From: Hyphochytrium catenoides
Lineage: Eukaryota; Protista; Hyphochytriomycota
NCBI GenBank assembly: GCA_900088475.1
Contig: FLMG01002090.1
Coordinates: 3,427-67,426, forward strand
Direction: 5' to 3'
Length of the DNA stretch: 64,000 nucleotides
In this document: in pieces, positions 11,901 through 23,642 of the stretch
How the letters are laid out: each line of letters begins with the position of its first letter
Position numbering within the stretch: the first letter of the stretch is position 1
Made by a program: the position numbers and the translations under genes
The notes under the pieces: model-generated
What the model saw: only the letters and a program-made list of their open reading frames with translations
What the model was told of the DNA's origin: nothing
The model's database searches: none

Positions 11901-14674
11901 TGTTAGTTGACCTTGACAACCGTGACGTTGTTTGTCTATTGATTTGGCTGGGTTGGTGGGCGATACAACAAGTTGAAGAGATAAGAAGCATTAATGATAG
12001 CGACCTGACCTTCAGGTGTGAAAGGAAGAATAGTGGAGATAAGAGCGGAGGCTAAGGCCAGGTGTCCAATAGCCGTCAGTGACTCTGCGATGCCGAGAAG
12101 CGGACGTGAGAGCACATCATATCAGTGCAGCTGCAATGAACCTTACTGCCTACAAACCATGATAATAGTGCTTCCTGCATCCGTCGTTGAAGTAGAGTGA
12201 GGACGTCTACCGAATCGTCCTCCTCTTCCTTCTTGCCAGCTGCAAGTCCCTTTCTTTTCATCATACTGCCTGCAAACTCCTTCTTCTTCGCTTCTCTTCT
12301 TGCTCCGATCCCGCAACTGCAAGGTGGAGAGATGTGTCGCTTGTTGCTGGTCTTGTTGCCCATCATCCTGCCCTTAGTATTGTCTCCTTGATATCTCCGT
12401 GGTCTTGGGGCTGGGGGCGAGCCATCGTTGGAATAGCACGGCGGTAGTTGTCCTTCCTGGTTTGATAAGGCTTGCATCTCCATGTATTAGCTGGTCACAT
12501 TGGCAGCCAACAACGGGCTTGATTCTGCCCCAACAGGTCATCGATCAGAGACCCATGACAGGGACCATGGATGGAAGATACTGGCTGCCCCATCTCTTAC
12601 TTGGCACCTACTACTTTTGCAGCTCTTCGCTTGACAGAAGACAAGTGAGGCGCGAAGTAACCCTTATCATGATAGTAACCGACGAGTGACAAGTTGCCTT
12701 GGAAGAGAGGAGAGGAATAAAACCATTTGTGGTTGTTCTTCTTTCTTCCTGACCGACCGACCTTAGAAAGTTGTGCTTGACTAGGGAAGCAGCCTTGAGA
12801 CAAGGGCAGGCTAGGATCGATGGTAACAAGCTCAATTCCGCGCTTCTAAATTAGCCCTCGCACGTTTCTGACAACAAGGGCAAGACCGACCTTGGGAGGA
12901 GGGAGGAGGAGCATTCAGCAAGACGTTTCTGTTCTTGCACTTTGGCGGTTGGTAAGTGAGTGGCTGAGGGCGAAAACTTGTTAGCCAATTTCCGCTTTCT
13001 TCTTAGTGCGTCGTGCTTCCAAAGAGCACATACTTCGAAAGGAATGTGAGGCAGGAATGAGGTGAGAGACCAGGAGACAAACATCATCGGAAGCAGAGAG
13101 AAGAGGCGAGGCGAGGCCGAGTGGCAAGAGTTGACTAAAGGAGGTAGGAAACAGCGCAGAAGCACGAAGAGACAATGTCACAGAAAGCAGAAAAAGGGAG
13201 ACCCAAGTCTTCCTTTCCGACCTACAGCTACGGAAGAAAAGAGGCACTCGCCGACCCTCGTAGGGCCAGGGAGAGACGTGCCCGTACTAATCAAAAGAAA
13301 GAGGCGTTAGAGGGACTAATGAAGAATTAGAGGAGCAAAAGAAGACATCGAGGTACTGTCACACCTGAGACATCGGCACACATCCATTGCTGTCGAAGAG
13401 TTGGGATGACGGACCTTGTGACGCTGTGAGAGACGAAGGAGGAGGACACCAACAAGAGAGCCGTATCGAGAAGAGAAGAGCGTGAGAGAAGAAAGCTCTC
13501 TCCCAAGAGTCCGTCGTCCTCGGCAGGGGTCGATGATGCTGGACCATCAGCCTTCCACTTGCGCTGCTCCTCCAATGTCCAAGACACAGATAAATCTGGA
13601 AACTATCTAGGGCAATCCAGCGCTGGCACACCCAGTTACTCTTGAGGATCGCTGTCTCGTCCTGCTTGCTCGTCTGTCCTTGCTTCTTGTTGCTCGACCC
13701 GCGGTGCCTTTCTTACCCTAGTGTCGGCACGTCTCTTCTCGTCTTCGTCTGCCCACTATCTCTTGCTCCCTGTCTCTGTCTTTCCATCTAGATTTCAAGA
13801 CATACACCTACACGGGAAGAAATCCACTGGCAAGACTTTACTCGTCGAATGGCAATCTCTATCTCTATCTCTTTCTCTCTCTTTGCCTCAGAGGCACCAA
13901 CAGGACAAGCTCCATTTGGTCTTTCTTCTGCCTCCCGGTTGCAGGAGGCGGCGGCCCCGTGACCATTCCTCTTCTCTCTTTTCTCCCTTGTTCCTGTTGC
14001 TGTCCATTCTCTCTTGATCTTTTCGGATTCTTCTTGGCCCTTCCTAGTGGATATATCCAGAGCCCCAGAGCCAACTATCAAGCAGCAGCAAAGGCCGGGA
14101 GTCTCTCCTCTTCTCTTTGTCTTCGTTCGTCTTCTTTCTTCTCTTCCTACCTTTCACTTGTGCCATTGAAGAAGAACGAAGTTGAAGAGAAAGGCGGGCT
14201 TTAGGTGGCGATCTTGAACGGCAAATTGCAGAAGGTGCTCGCCACTACTTCTCGTCAGATCTTCTTGCTGCTGCTTCTGGGCTACTTTTGAGCTTTCTCT
14301 AGTTTAATATTTGTCTCCTTGTTCTTTTCTCTCGTGACTCAAGCTCGAACCCGTCTGTCACTCTCTTCACTCCTGCAGGTGGCCTTGTATCTTGCTTAAG
14401 ATCCTGTCAGACAGACAGCGGCGGAGAAAGGAAAGAGAAGAAAAGTCAAGACAGCAGAAGGAAGGAAGAAGCAGCTCCTCTCTTCTCTTCTCCCGTGGCC
14501 ATCACAAGTCCTGCTGCTACGCATCTCGTCTCTCCAACAGCTCATTTCCTAATCTTCCGACCAGAGAGAAGAACAACGCTTGAGAAGACCGCCCAACAGC
14601 CGAACAACCAGCCCTGCGTGGAGGTTCTCTGTCTCTCGCTCTCTCTCTTCCACCGAGCAGCAGCGGTAAGCAAG

Positions 14675-17194
14675 ATGCAGCTCTCAACGATCACCAGCAG
14701 TCTCTTTCTCCTTTCAACGTCATCTCTCCTTTGGGAAGCGTCTCTCGGGCTGAATGACGGGGATGTCTCAAGGATCTTCACCTATCTCTCCAGCGATGTA
14801 GGGCCTGAAGGCCGCCAGTCTGGAGGTTCCTACCGCTCAGGCACCACTGGCAAACAGCTTCCTCTCTCTTACTGGGCCTCCCGCGAATACTTTGGTGAGT
14901 ATGTCTGCAAGAAAGAAGATTGCACTGTCTTGGACGTTTATAACCCGCAAACCTATGAGCTCTTCCCTTCGAAGACGACGGAGAAGGGTGGAGAGCTGCA
15001 GATTGAGCGAGTGATGACGGTGACAGGGATCAACATCTATGACGCGGCATGCTTCCAGATCGCCACCTCTTTGGGGGCTGTAAACCACGCAGAGAAGAGA
15101 GAGACTCTCCTCTCTCTCTCCAAGAATGTGGACTCCTGGCTGACCGACGGGGTTGCCGGAGAGGAGCCTAACGGTGTCAAGCATAGCTGGCGTGCTCCTA
15201 CCCGCTGGGATGGGCTCTTCCACTACGGCACCACGCCTATTAAGACGCCTAACAACGCTTATTTCTTCCGCGCTTGGCCTCGCCGTTGGCTGCAGTTTGA
15301 CCCGTTCGCAGGGACGCAATATGAAAAGTATATCACGACGGACCTGTCAGGTGCTACGGATCCTGTCTATCAGAAGGGAAAGATGACCTGGGCGGACTTC
15401 AAGCCAATCACTGGGGAGAACTCGTGGGGCGTGTACCTTGGGCCCCTGCAGTCTATCTACCTGCGGGAGGTTGTCCTAGGAGGGAAGAAGTGCGTGGATC
15501 TCAGTGCTGACGCCGTCCGGAACGCTATCGATGTGCTGGTGGCGGTGAAGGCGATGCAATCTCCCTATGGAGCTGTGTACTACGCAGCCAGAGGATCTCT
15601 AGGGAACCAAGGAGACACGCCAGTGGACGTCGACTCCGTCTCTGTGGAGAACAACGCCTCGCTGTACGCGGGTTTGAAGGTCCTTCTCTCGCTCTTAGAG
15701 ATGTTGCAAAAGAACAGCTGCCCTGTCGATGCGTCCCGCCTCTCTGCAGTGCAGAAAACCGTGACGGAGATCCTGCAGAATATGGAGAAGTTCTTCATTA
15801 ACTACGCCTGGGATCCAACCACAAAGCTCATCCGTACGGGCGGCTATGCCAGAGCTTCTGGCTTTATCCCGTATGATCTTAATGATCCGTCTAACCCGCA
15901 GGCTGTGGATGTCATCACATGGGGCATCTCCGCGCTATCTCCACGATTCTTTGAAGAATCCGTAGCCCGATCGGCTGGAGAATCTGTCCGTGTCTGGCAG
16001 AAGCTGAAGAAGATCTCTGGATATTTCTCCGCCTCTAGCGGTAAGTTTATGGGCGTGGGCTATAGCAGCTTGGACGGGAACAAGATCTTGTCTGGAGAGT
16101 GGACCTTCGGCGCCATCAACTTCTTGAGGATGGTGAAAGCCTACTATGAGGAAGAGAAAGACAAAGTCGCAGAATTGGCTGGCTATCTTCCTGAGATAGA
16201 GGAGGATATCGCTCTGATGCTGGCGGGAGTGGAGAATCTAAGGACAGACACGTATGCGACAGCTGGTGACGGGCTGGAGCAGGAGAGACCCGAGGGCTGG
16301 GGACAGCTCATCTCTCTGTCTTCCTCGAACCAACTTGCCTATCTCTATGCCTCCAAGAGGTACTTCATCCCCTTTGGATGGTATGCTAATCCTCTTCCCT
16401 CCACGGCCTCCACATCCTGGGCGCTGATGGTGCACTACGGCTTCAACCCTTTCAACCTGGGAGGATCTTACGGCTCTCCTTCCTCTTCTTCTCCATCTCC
16501 TCTCCCTTCTCCTACACCTGTTCCTACGACAGTCTCTCCTTCTGCCGCTCCATCCTCCGCTCCATCCTCTTCTCTTCCTCCATCTGCTCCCCCATCGCCT
16601 TCTCCTCCTAGCCCCGCACCATCGCCTAGCCCGCCGTCTCCCTCTCCTACACTCTCCCCTCCTTCTCCCATTCCGTCTCCCATTCCCTCTCCCACTCCCT
16701 CTCCTCCTTCGCCTACTCCGGTCGTGACTCCTGCTCCTCCTGCTCCAGAACAATGCCCAGGTTACTCTCAGACTATCTCGGGCCTCTCGCTCTCTGGTGG
16801 TGACATTGGTAAAGCGTCTGCCTCCTCTTCCTCTGGCTGTTGCTCTCTTTGCACGGGCCCATGCGAGGCATTTACTTGGTCCTCTGAGAACGGAGGAACG
16901 TGCTCTTTCAAGAGCTCTCAGGCAGGCATCTCTGTTCCAGTCACTGACGGTGCAGGAGAGAAGGTGACAGCTTTCAAGAGCGGGGTACTCTTCAGGAAGA
17001 CCCTTCTTTCTGGCGAAGAGATGGAGAAGCTCTCCTCCTCCACTCCTACAGAGTGCCTGGCAACCTGTCGAGGAAGATCTGGATGCAAGGGCGCCACCTG
17101 GGACGCCTTCAGCACGGGGAACGTCTGCTGGTTGCTGAAGAGCGTAACAGGTGCGGCTCCAGGCGGAGAGACGCGCTTTTCGGGCTTTCCTTAG
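14675..17194 (+). CDS. Secreted modular protein (839 aa): signal peptide + ~570-aa putative catalytic domain + Pro/Ser linker + two PAN/Apple (CBEL-like) domains
   Basis: ATG at 14675 begins a signal peptide (MQLSTITSSLFLLSTSSLLWEASLG). Conserved-looking motifs: NIYDAACFQIA, WADFKPITGENSW, SVENNASLYAGL, AVDVITWG, SGEWTFGAI, YASKRYFIPFGWYANPLPS. The (SP)n linker spans about 16470-16750. Apple-type Cys patterns: 'CCSLCTGPCEAFTW...GTCSFK' and 'CLATCRGRSGCKGATW...VCWLLK'. Intronless. Confidence 0.88.
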   Translation: MQLSTITSSLFLLSTSSLLWEASLGLNDGDVSRIFTYLSSDVGPEGRQSGGSYRSGTTGKQLPLSYWASREYFGEYVCKKEDCTVLDVYNPQTYELFPSKTTEKGGELQIERVMTVTGINIYDAACFQIATSLGAVNHAEKRETLLSLSKNVDSWLTDGVAGEEPNGVKHSWRAPTRWDGLFHYGTTPIKTPNNAYFFRAWPRRWLQFDPFAGTQYEKYITTDLSGATDPVYQKGKMTWADFKPITGENSWGVYLGPLQSIYLREVVLGGKKCVDLSADAVRNAIDVLVAVKAMQSPYGAVYYAARGSLGNQGDTPVDVDSVSVENNASLYAGLKVLLSLLEMLQKNSCPVDASRLSAVQKTVTEILQNMEKFFINYAWDPTTKLIRTGGYARASGFIPYDLNDPSNPQAVDVITWGISALSPRFFEESVARSAGESVRVWQKLKKISGYFSASSGKFMGVGYSSLDGNKILSGEWTFGAINFLRMVKAYYEEEKDKVAELAGYLPEIEEDIALMLAGVENLRTDTYATAGDGLEQERPEGWGQLISLSSSNQLAYLYASKRYFIPFGWYANPLPSTASTSWALMVHYGFNPFNLGGSYGSPSSSSPSPLPSPTPVPTTVSPSAAPSSAPSSSLPPSAPPSPSPPSPAPSPSPPSPSPTLSPPSPIPSPIPSPTPSPPSPTPVVTPAPPAPEQCPGYSQTISGLSLSGGDIGKASASSSSGCCSLCTGPCEAFTWSSENGGTCSFKSSQAGISVPVTDGAGEKVTAFKSGVLFRKTLLSGEEMEKLSSSTPTECLATCRGRSGCKGATWDAFSTGNVCWLLKSVTGAAPGGETRFSGFP

Positions 17195-17587
17195 GGGTTT
17201 TTACTTCGTGCCATGCTCGAGCTGGAAGCAGTTCTTCCAAGCTCTTTTAAGGTCCTTGTCCGTTCGTAAGATTCTATTAACTGAGAAGATAAGAAAAAGT
17301 CTTTAAGACTTGACTTTATTGAGTGTCCTGGTTGGCTGTCTGTGCCTTTGGAAAGAGAGAATCAGAGGATACGAGAGAAGAGAAGGCGTACTAGTAGGGA
17401 GAAGAGAAGAGGAAGGAGAGAGAAGAAAGAGAGAAAGACAAGGCATTAGTAGGAAGACATCGGAAGGCAATGGTAGGATTAGGGATGTGGGCGGCGATGT
17501 GGAGGCTACAATCAGACCCACAAGTTGGTTATTAATAGGCCAACAAGAAGAGGAGTTTTTCCCGTTTCTTTCTTTCTCTCTCCCTCT

Positions 17588-17632
<45 letters not shown>

Positions 17633-17715
17633 NNNNNNNNNNNNNNNNNNNNNNNNNNNNNNNNNNNNNNNNNNNNNNNNNNNNNNNNNNNNNNNNNNNN
17701 NNNNNNNNNNNNNNN
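17633..17715. other. Assembly gap (N run) adjacent to a CT microsatellite
   Basis: Run of N. The other gaps are at 19091-19174, 20297-20334 and 29895-29945. Confidence 1.
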
Positions 17716-18665
17716 TAAGCGAAGCACTGGTACTCCAGGATCTCTCCTTTGAAGTAGGTAAACTTCTTGCCTGAAGGCAGAAGCCAGCTCACTTCCGCCT
17801 TGGATGGAAGAAGAAAGCCCTGGAAGTCTTTGTACTCCTTGCACAGCGCCTCCCAGGGCCGGAGAGAGAGAGAACCGTCGGGTTCCGTAAAGTTTCTCTC
17901 TTCCGTCCACGCTTTGGAGATGAGCCCTCCCTCTCCCTTGAACTCTAAGATCACACTCGCCGTCACGCCGCTGACTGTTAAGCTCACCTCAACATTCGTC
18001 TGGTCTCTCTCTTTCCACCGAAGAGAAGGAGAGAGAAGACAGAGAGAGGGATAGAAGACAATCTCTGCCAAGTATCTCTGCAGCTCTCCCTGCATAAGCT
18101 CCTTCGAATGCTCCATCTTCGCGACAGGGAGAACGCCATAGACTCGTGCCTGCAGAGCAGCCTGCCCGTCAATAATCCTGTCACACACCGTGACGGACAG
18201 GAAAGGACCCAGCATCCTCATCTTCGCTGTCCAGGAGAAAGCAGCGAGGGAGAGAGACACGAACTGAGAGGCTTCGAAGGGAACATATCTCTCTCCTTTC
18301 TCTCCTCCCTCTTTCATTGCAAAGAGTCCTCTCTGTGTGAAGTGCACGTAGCGGGAAGACATTGGATCTCTCCATCCGTTTCTCTCCGGGCCCTCAGAAG
18401 AGGGAAGAACCCGCTCTAGATACCGCTGAACGAGCTTTGGGAGACAATTCATCCTCTCTTCCTTTCTCTTTCGTCTTCTCTCCGCTTCTTCTTCCTCTTC
18501 CAAGGAAGAGAGAGATGCCGGGGGTCCTTCTGGTGGGCTCTTTATGATGATCCATTCCTCTCCTTTCCTCAGCCACTCTGCGTACCGTGTCTTCATGGTA
18601 AGCAAGAGTCCCGAGGAGCTGACGACTGCCACTGCGGCGGCAGAGAGTAAGACTGAGATCCACAT
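17715..18665 (-). CDS. DUF6544/DUF6920-like protein with N-terminal signal/anchor, intronless (~316 aa)
   Basis: Motifs LPKLVQRYL, Q-x-G, FEASQ, FSWTA, QGELQRYLAEIVFYP, RPW...YKDFQG..LP..AEVSW.LPSG..TY match the mostly prokaryotic DUF6544 pattern (from recall). The ORF ends EYQCFA followed by TA-N at the gap edge, a probable stop. Confidence 0.8.
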
Positions 18666-18770
18666 AGATACTTTTTGTCTCCTCTTCCTCTGAGGCTTTC
18701 CTTGCTACTTTGGTCTATTGCTTAGCTTATATATCTCCTTTAGCGGCTGCTTTTCTTCTCCTTTCTTTCT

Positions 18771-18812
<42 letters not shown>

Positions 18813-20070
18813 ATCTTCTTCTTTCCGTCTCTTTCTTCTTTGTTGTTCCTGCTGCTGCTGCTGCGTAGCTGACCAAATGCCATCGCATCTGTTCTGGCTG
18901 TTGATCCGGAAAATTGGTCAATGGAAGTCATCTTTTCCGTCGACTTCGTCCCCTTGCTTATTACTGCAGCAGCAGATAGACGAGGCCGTCTGGATGAGTC
19001 TCTGGAACCAGACAGAGAAGGTGATCTCATAAAAGAGGCGTGAGGTCAGCTGGTGAGAGGAACAGAGGAGAGAGAGGAGAGAGAGAGAGANNNNNNNNNN
19101 NNNNNNNNNNNNNNNNNNNNNNNNNNNNNNNNNNNNNNNNNNNNNNNNNNNNNNNNNNNNNNNNNNNNNNNNNNGAACTGAGCCTCACCACCTGATGTTT
19201 CCCCCCTGTCTCTGTGCCCTTTCATACAGCAGAATTCTGATGGACCCATAATACCTCAGCTAACCTGGATGGATACCCATATTCTTGATTCAAAGTTAGA
19301 ACCTAGAACCTTTATAATGAGTGAATGCCTACGCTACGGCCTGTATGACCACGTACACAGCAGTACAGCTTCTTACACCTACCCATATTCGCCATTGAAA
19401 CCCGGGTCAATGAGCTGCTGCAGCATCCGCAGTGCTCAGGAGGACAAAGTGACTCTAGAACTCTAGAAAGAGGAAGCACTTCCTCCAGCCCGGGCTCCTG
19501 CTGCTCCTGGAGCTGGTGCTCACCACTCCTCCGAGCCGTCTATAACTAGCTCAATATATATATAGAGAGAGGAAGTGGCAGGTCAATCCTTTGGCTTCCA
19601 CATTGACTGCTAGGTGGACTGCTGATGCTGCAGCATCAGAGCTGGTGAACAGCGGAGATGCACACTTTGCTCGCCATCTGCCTAATCTATTTCTAGAACA
19701 GATAACCAGGCATTTTTACTTTTGCATCTACTCGGCAATTCATTGGGACTCCGTAGTGGCCAAGTGGGGACGGCCCCCGCGGGCTGACGAAGAAGGTGTC
19801 AATAGATACGAGGGAAGATGAAGGACGAAGGAGAAAGACAGAGATCGCGGCCAGCAGGGGGACAAGGCGGGAACACGGTGGCGAAGGTCGAACGAGGGTA
19901 GGTAGTGTGGAGACTGAAAGAAAGTACTGCCATCAGTGCCAAAAGCTCTTCGTTATAATAGAGTTTTGTCAATGTGTGGAAAGACGCTCGTGGGGTCAGG
20001 GAACTATCAGCGGGCGGGGTCAGAAGAAGAGACAGAGGGAGAGAAGTGAGAGAGATATAGAGCTACGGAC

Positions 20071-20109
<39 letters not shown>

Positions 20110-20243
20110 GAGAGAGAGAAAAGAAAAACGAGAAATAACGGAAGCAAGGAAGGGAGTTGTTTGTCCTTGCGTGCCATCATCCAGAGTCTCCACCGGCTAG
20201 TACTATAATACAGGGAAAGAAGAAGAGGGAATCTGCTAGCGGC

Positions 20244-23200
20244 CTAGTTGCCACCTCTCCTGAAGTCAACGCGACTAGTGTGCGAGCAGCCACAGANNNN
20301 NNNNNNNNNNNNNNNNNNNNNNNNNNNNNNNNNNCTTCATAATGTTCCCGCTTGTTACTTCCCGCACTGGCGGCCATGGAGCCCTTACTTCCAATGCTAT
20401 CCAAGGCGTTCTTGCCCCTCTTGGCTTCCGTAAGGAACTGGTCAATGCCAAATGGATCTTCCTCTTTCTCAAACTGCACTGGACCATCTCTCCTTGCTTC
20501 TTTGCTTCTATCCACGCCCTGGAAGTCCTTGTCGGGCCTGAACTTGTCCGTCTTCTTGAGCTGTTCATACTGCGTGTCTCCGTCTCCGTAAATTCCAGAG
20601 TCTTCCTGCTTTGGTCTGTAGATACCCTGCTTCTCCCCCTTGTCAAAGAGACCCTTGCTATAGACATTATAATCTGCAATAGAGAGGAACAGATGAGTAA
20701 GCGAGGTCCAGAAAGAGGCGGGACGCAAGTCCAAACAGGAAAGCAAAGACAGAAAGAGACACACACACAAGAGAAGAGCGATAGGGAGGGCCCAGCACCA
20801 TAACCACGCCGAAGCATGGCAGGTGGAGAGGAAGAGGTCAGTGGGCTGCTTAAGAGCTTTCGCACAGAGGTGAGCGTGCCCGTTAGCAGAAGTGTTGATA
20901 AGAGTGAGTCTTGCTCACGAAGAATGATGGAGAGGTTACGAAAGCATGGAACCAAAACAGAGAGATCATATCTTTCAACGGTCTATAAATGTGGAGACCG
21001 AGAAACAGAGGAGAGGAGAGAGGTTCCATATTTGCCGTACCGTCTTCGGCACCGAAGCCTGCAGACATGCCCTGGGACTGGTTGAAAAGCCGCGAGTCGA
21101 AGATGGCCTCTCCTTGCAGCTTTCCTGTGCCCATATGTTGTCCCAGAGCGATCCTTTCCGAGACATCGCGGTCCGCATCTCTCGCGAGCTTCCCCTTCTT
21201 TCCCAACTTCTCAAGCCTCATCTCTCTTTCTCGCTCTCTCTTCCGCTCATGGCGCAGACGGTCCCTCTGTTTGTCAAGACATTAGGCGTGCCAGGCGGAA
21301 CGAAATAAGAGATATACAACATAAGAGAAGAGAGAGAGAAAAGGCCGCGATGTCAGTGAAAGGATAAATGGGGGATGAAGTAGGGAGAGAAAGGTTTGTT
21401 TACCTCCACAATCGCTCGCCTTTCCTCTCTGTCCATGTTACGGTCACGTCCTGGGCTTTCTTCCTCACTGCTCTCAGCAGGTCGTCCTCTCCGTGGGGAT
21501 GGCGATTCGTCTTCGTCAACCTTGAGCCCAGCTCTACAAGATCATCGTTATGAGAAGAGGAGGACTAGCAGGAAGAAGCGGAGAGGCGAATGTCTGGGGA
21601 AGGTTAGAGGGAGAATGTCGGGACGAGAGAAGAAGTGGAGAGAAGGGCACAGCCATCAGGCACTCCTTCCTCTTACCTCTCCATCCTCGTCCTCATGGCA
21701 AGATTGCGCAACTTCTCCTCTTCCTCCTCCTTCTCCTTCATTGCCAACTTCTTCTGGATCTCATTTCTTATCTACGGAGAAGAGAAGAGTGAAAGGTTAT
21801 GTCAGACCCGAAAATTTTCCCAACGAACTCTCTAACATTTAATAAAAAATCCATGCACCCTGCAAAAAAGTCGAGCTTGATTGGACGTGACAGCAAAAAC
21901 AGAATGAAAGGAGACATAAAATGAATCGCTTGATTCCATCGTCCTCCCAACACGCCTTCCAACGATACGAAGCAGAGAGAGAATAGATGAGATAGAGAGC
22001 CAGGATGCCTCTGGCACTTACTCTGACTTCCTCCCGTGCTTGCCTCTCGGCAATGTAGAGAGACTCTGATAGCGTCGCGAAGTTATCATTGATGGTCACC
22101 TACCAAGGGAATGGGTTCGCAAAGAGTCAAAAAGCAACCCCCCGCCCAATGATAAACAGGACCGAGAGGAGAGACAGCAGAGAGAGAGTACACAGAGAAA
22201 GACCGAAGTAAGACCGAGAGTGGGAGTGTAAAGGGGAACAGAGAGTGTGGCAGGAGACTCCAAGAATGTAGGGACCAAGGGAGGTTCGGGTTGTGCTAAT
22301 CTTACCTCTTGCAGTCCTCTTCCATCTGCTGCCAAACGCTTGTCGAGAGGAATAGTGTAACCCTTCGCATTCTTCCAGTTGGATACACAGGGAGGGATCT
22401 TCCACATCTGCTGCTCTTTTACCGTCACCTTCCGGGGCGGAGAGTGAAGGACGGGAACCGGTGGAGAGGGAGGACCTAACGGCAGGATAAAAGAAAATTG
22501 AAGTGAAGGAGAGTGAGAGCCGCGCATTTAGTCAGTCACAGAGAAAGGCACGAGGTGGACGAGTTTACTATACAAGTGGAGGCATACCTCGTGCAACTTT
22601 CTTGTGCTTGAACTTCGGGGGTTCTAACGGATCCACCTGGGCTTCTACCATGCGAATGACACGCTGAAGAGGGAGAGCAGAGAAGTGAGAGACATATCTC
22701 ACGCGAAATTACTCCTGTGCTCTTTTGCCCATCTTTTCTCTGCCAAACTGTGCCTCTCTTCTTCCCACGCGCTCTCCCTTATGACTTTTCTTTTGCTGGG
22801 ATCGCACTGTCCTTAACATTGGTGCATACCTGCCCCACACTAGGATTGTATCCCGGTGCATTAGGATTGGCCGTGTACTTCACATACGTAGGGTCATTTT
22901 TAGCTTGTCCGGGGACCTGCACAGGTTTTGCTGCCTTGATCTTTCCATCAATGAGCTTCTGAAGGGCGCCTCTCGTCTTCGCTGTGGCCTCCTCCTCTTC
23001 TTCTGGGGTGGGCTTCTCTATCTCTTTCTTGGAGACTCTCTTTTCCACAATATCTGTGAAGCCACTATAAATCGTCTTTTTCTTGTTGCTGCCTTGACGG
23101 ATAATGTTGTCATAGCTCACGTTGCCTTCTTTGTCGACAGAGAGCGGGACGATGGCACTACTAGCTACCTGAAAGAGAAGAGTGCAGAGGGAATGCGAAC

Positions 23201-23642
23201 AGAGAGTCAGACGTGTAACTTAGCGAAGGTCGGAAGAAGATCAAGACGGACAGATTAAAGTGCAAGGCAAGAGATGACACCTAAGTGTTAACAACAGCAC
23301 CTTGTCTGGCCGGCCCATATTCAGCGGGAACTGCGCAACATGAATCTCTGGGAACGCCCCGCCATCTCCAAAATCTTCAACCTTTCTAGGAACCCAGCCC
23401 TGTCGCTGACCGTACCGAGGCGGCTGAAAGCTAATAAGAGGTTTCAGATGCCTGGCTGATGCCCTCCTCTTTCTTGATTCCTTACCTCTTGACCGCAGCT
23501 GACGTGGCGCCAGGGGCACCTTGGGCTTCAGCATAGCTGCGTTGAGGTGCAGGCAACAAGCTGGGAAAAGCAGAGACAGTAAGTCGTAGGAAAAACCCAA
23601 AGCGGCCGGCATCTTCGCAATCTACCTTGTGAGAGCGCTCAT
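20244..23642 (-). CDS. SNW1: SNW domain-containing protein 1 / SKIP / Prp45 spliceosomal factor (multi-exon)
   Basis: Exonic motifs MSALT|SLLPAP, PPRYGQRQGWVPR..EDFGDGGAFPEIHVAQFPLNMG, DPLEPPKFKHKK, WKIPPCVSNWKNAKGYTIPLDKRLAADGRGLQ, RDVSERIALG, FDSRLFNQSQGM, RDGPVQFEKEEDPFGIDQFL. The last exon crosses the N-gap; the frame ending SRVDFRRGGN* (TAG 20244-20246) best fits SKIP C-termini. Confidence 0.96.

Noticed and set aside
14495-14674. 60-aa N-terminal extension in the ORF track
   Set aside because: It starts at GTG; the ATG at 14675 directly begins a signal peptide.
20177-20296. SNW1 C-terminus 'SVAARTL...GGDSG' as given by the track
   Set aside because: That frame depends on the estimated N-gap length; the alternative frame SRVDFRRGGN* fits SKIP proteins better.
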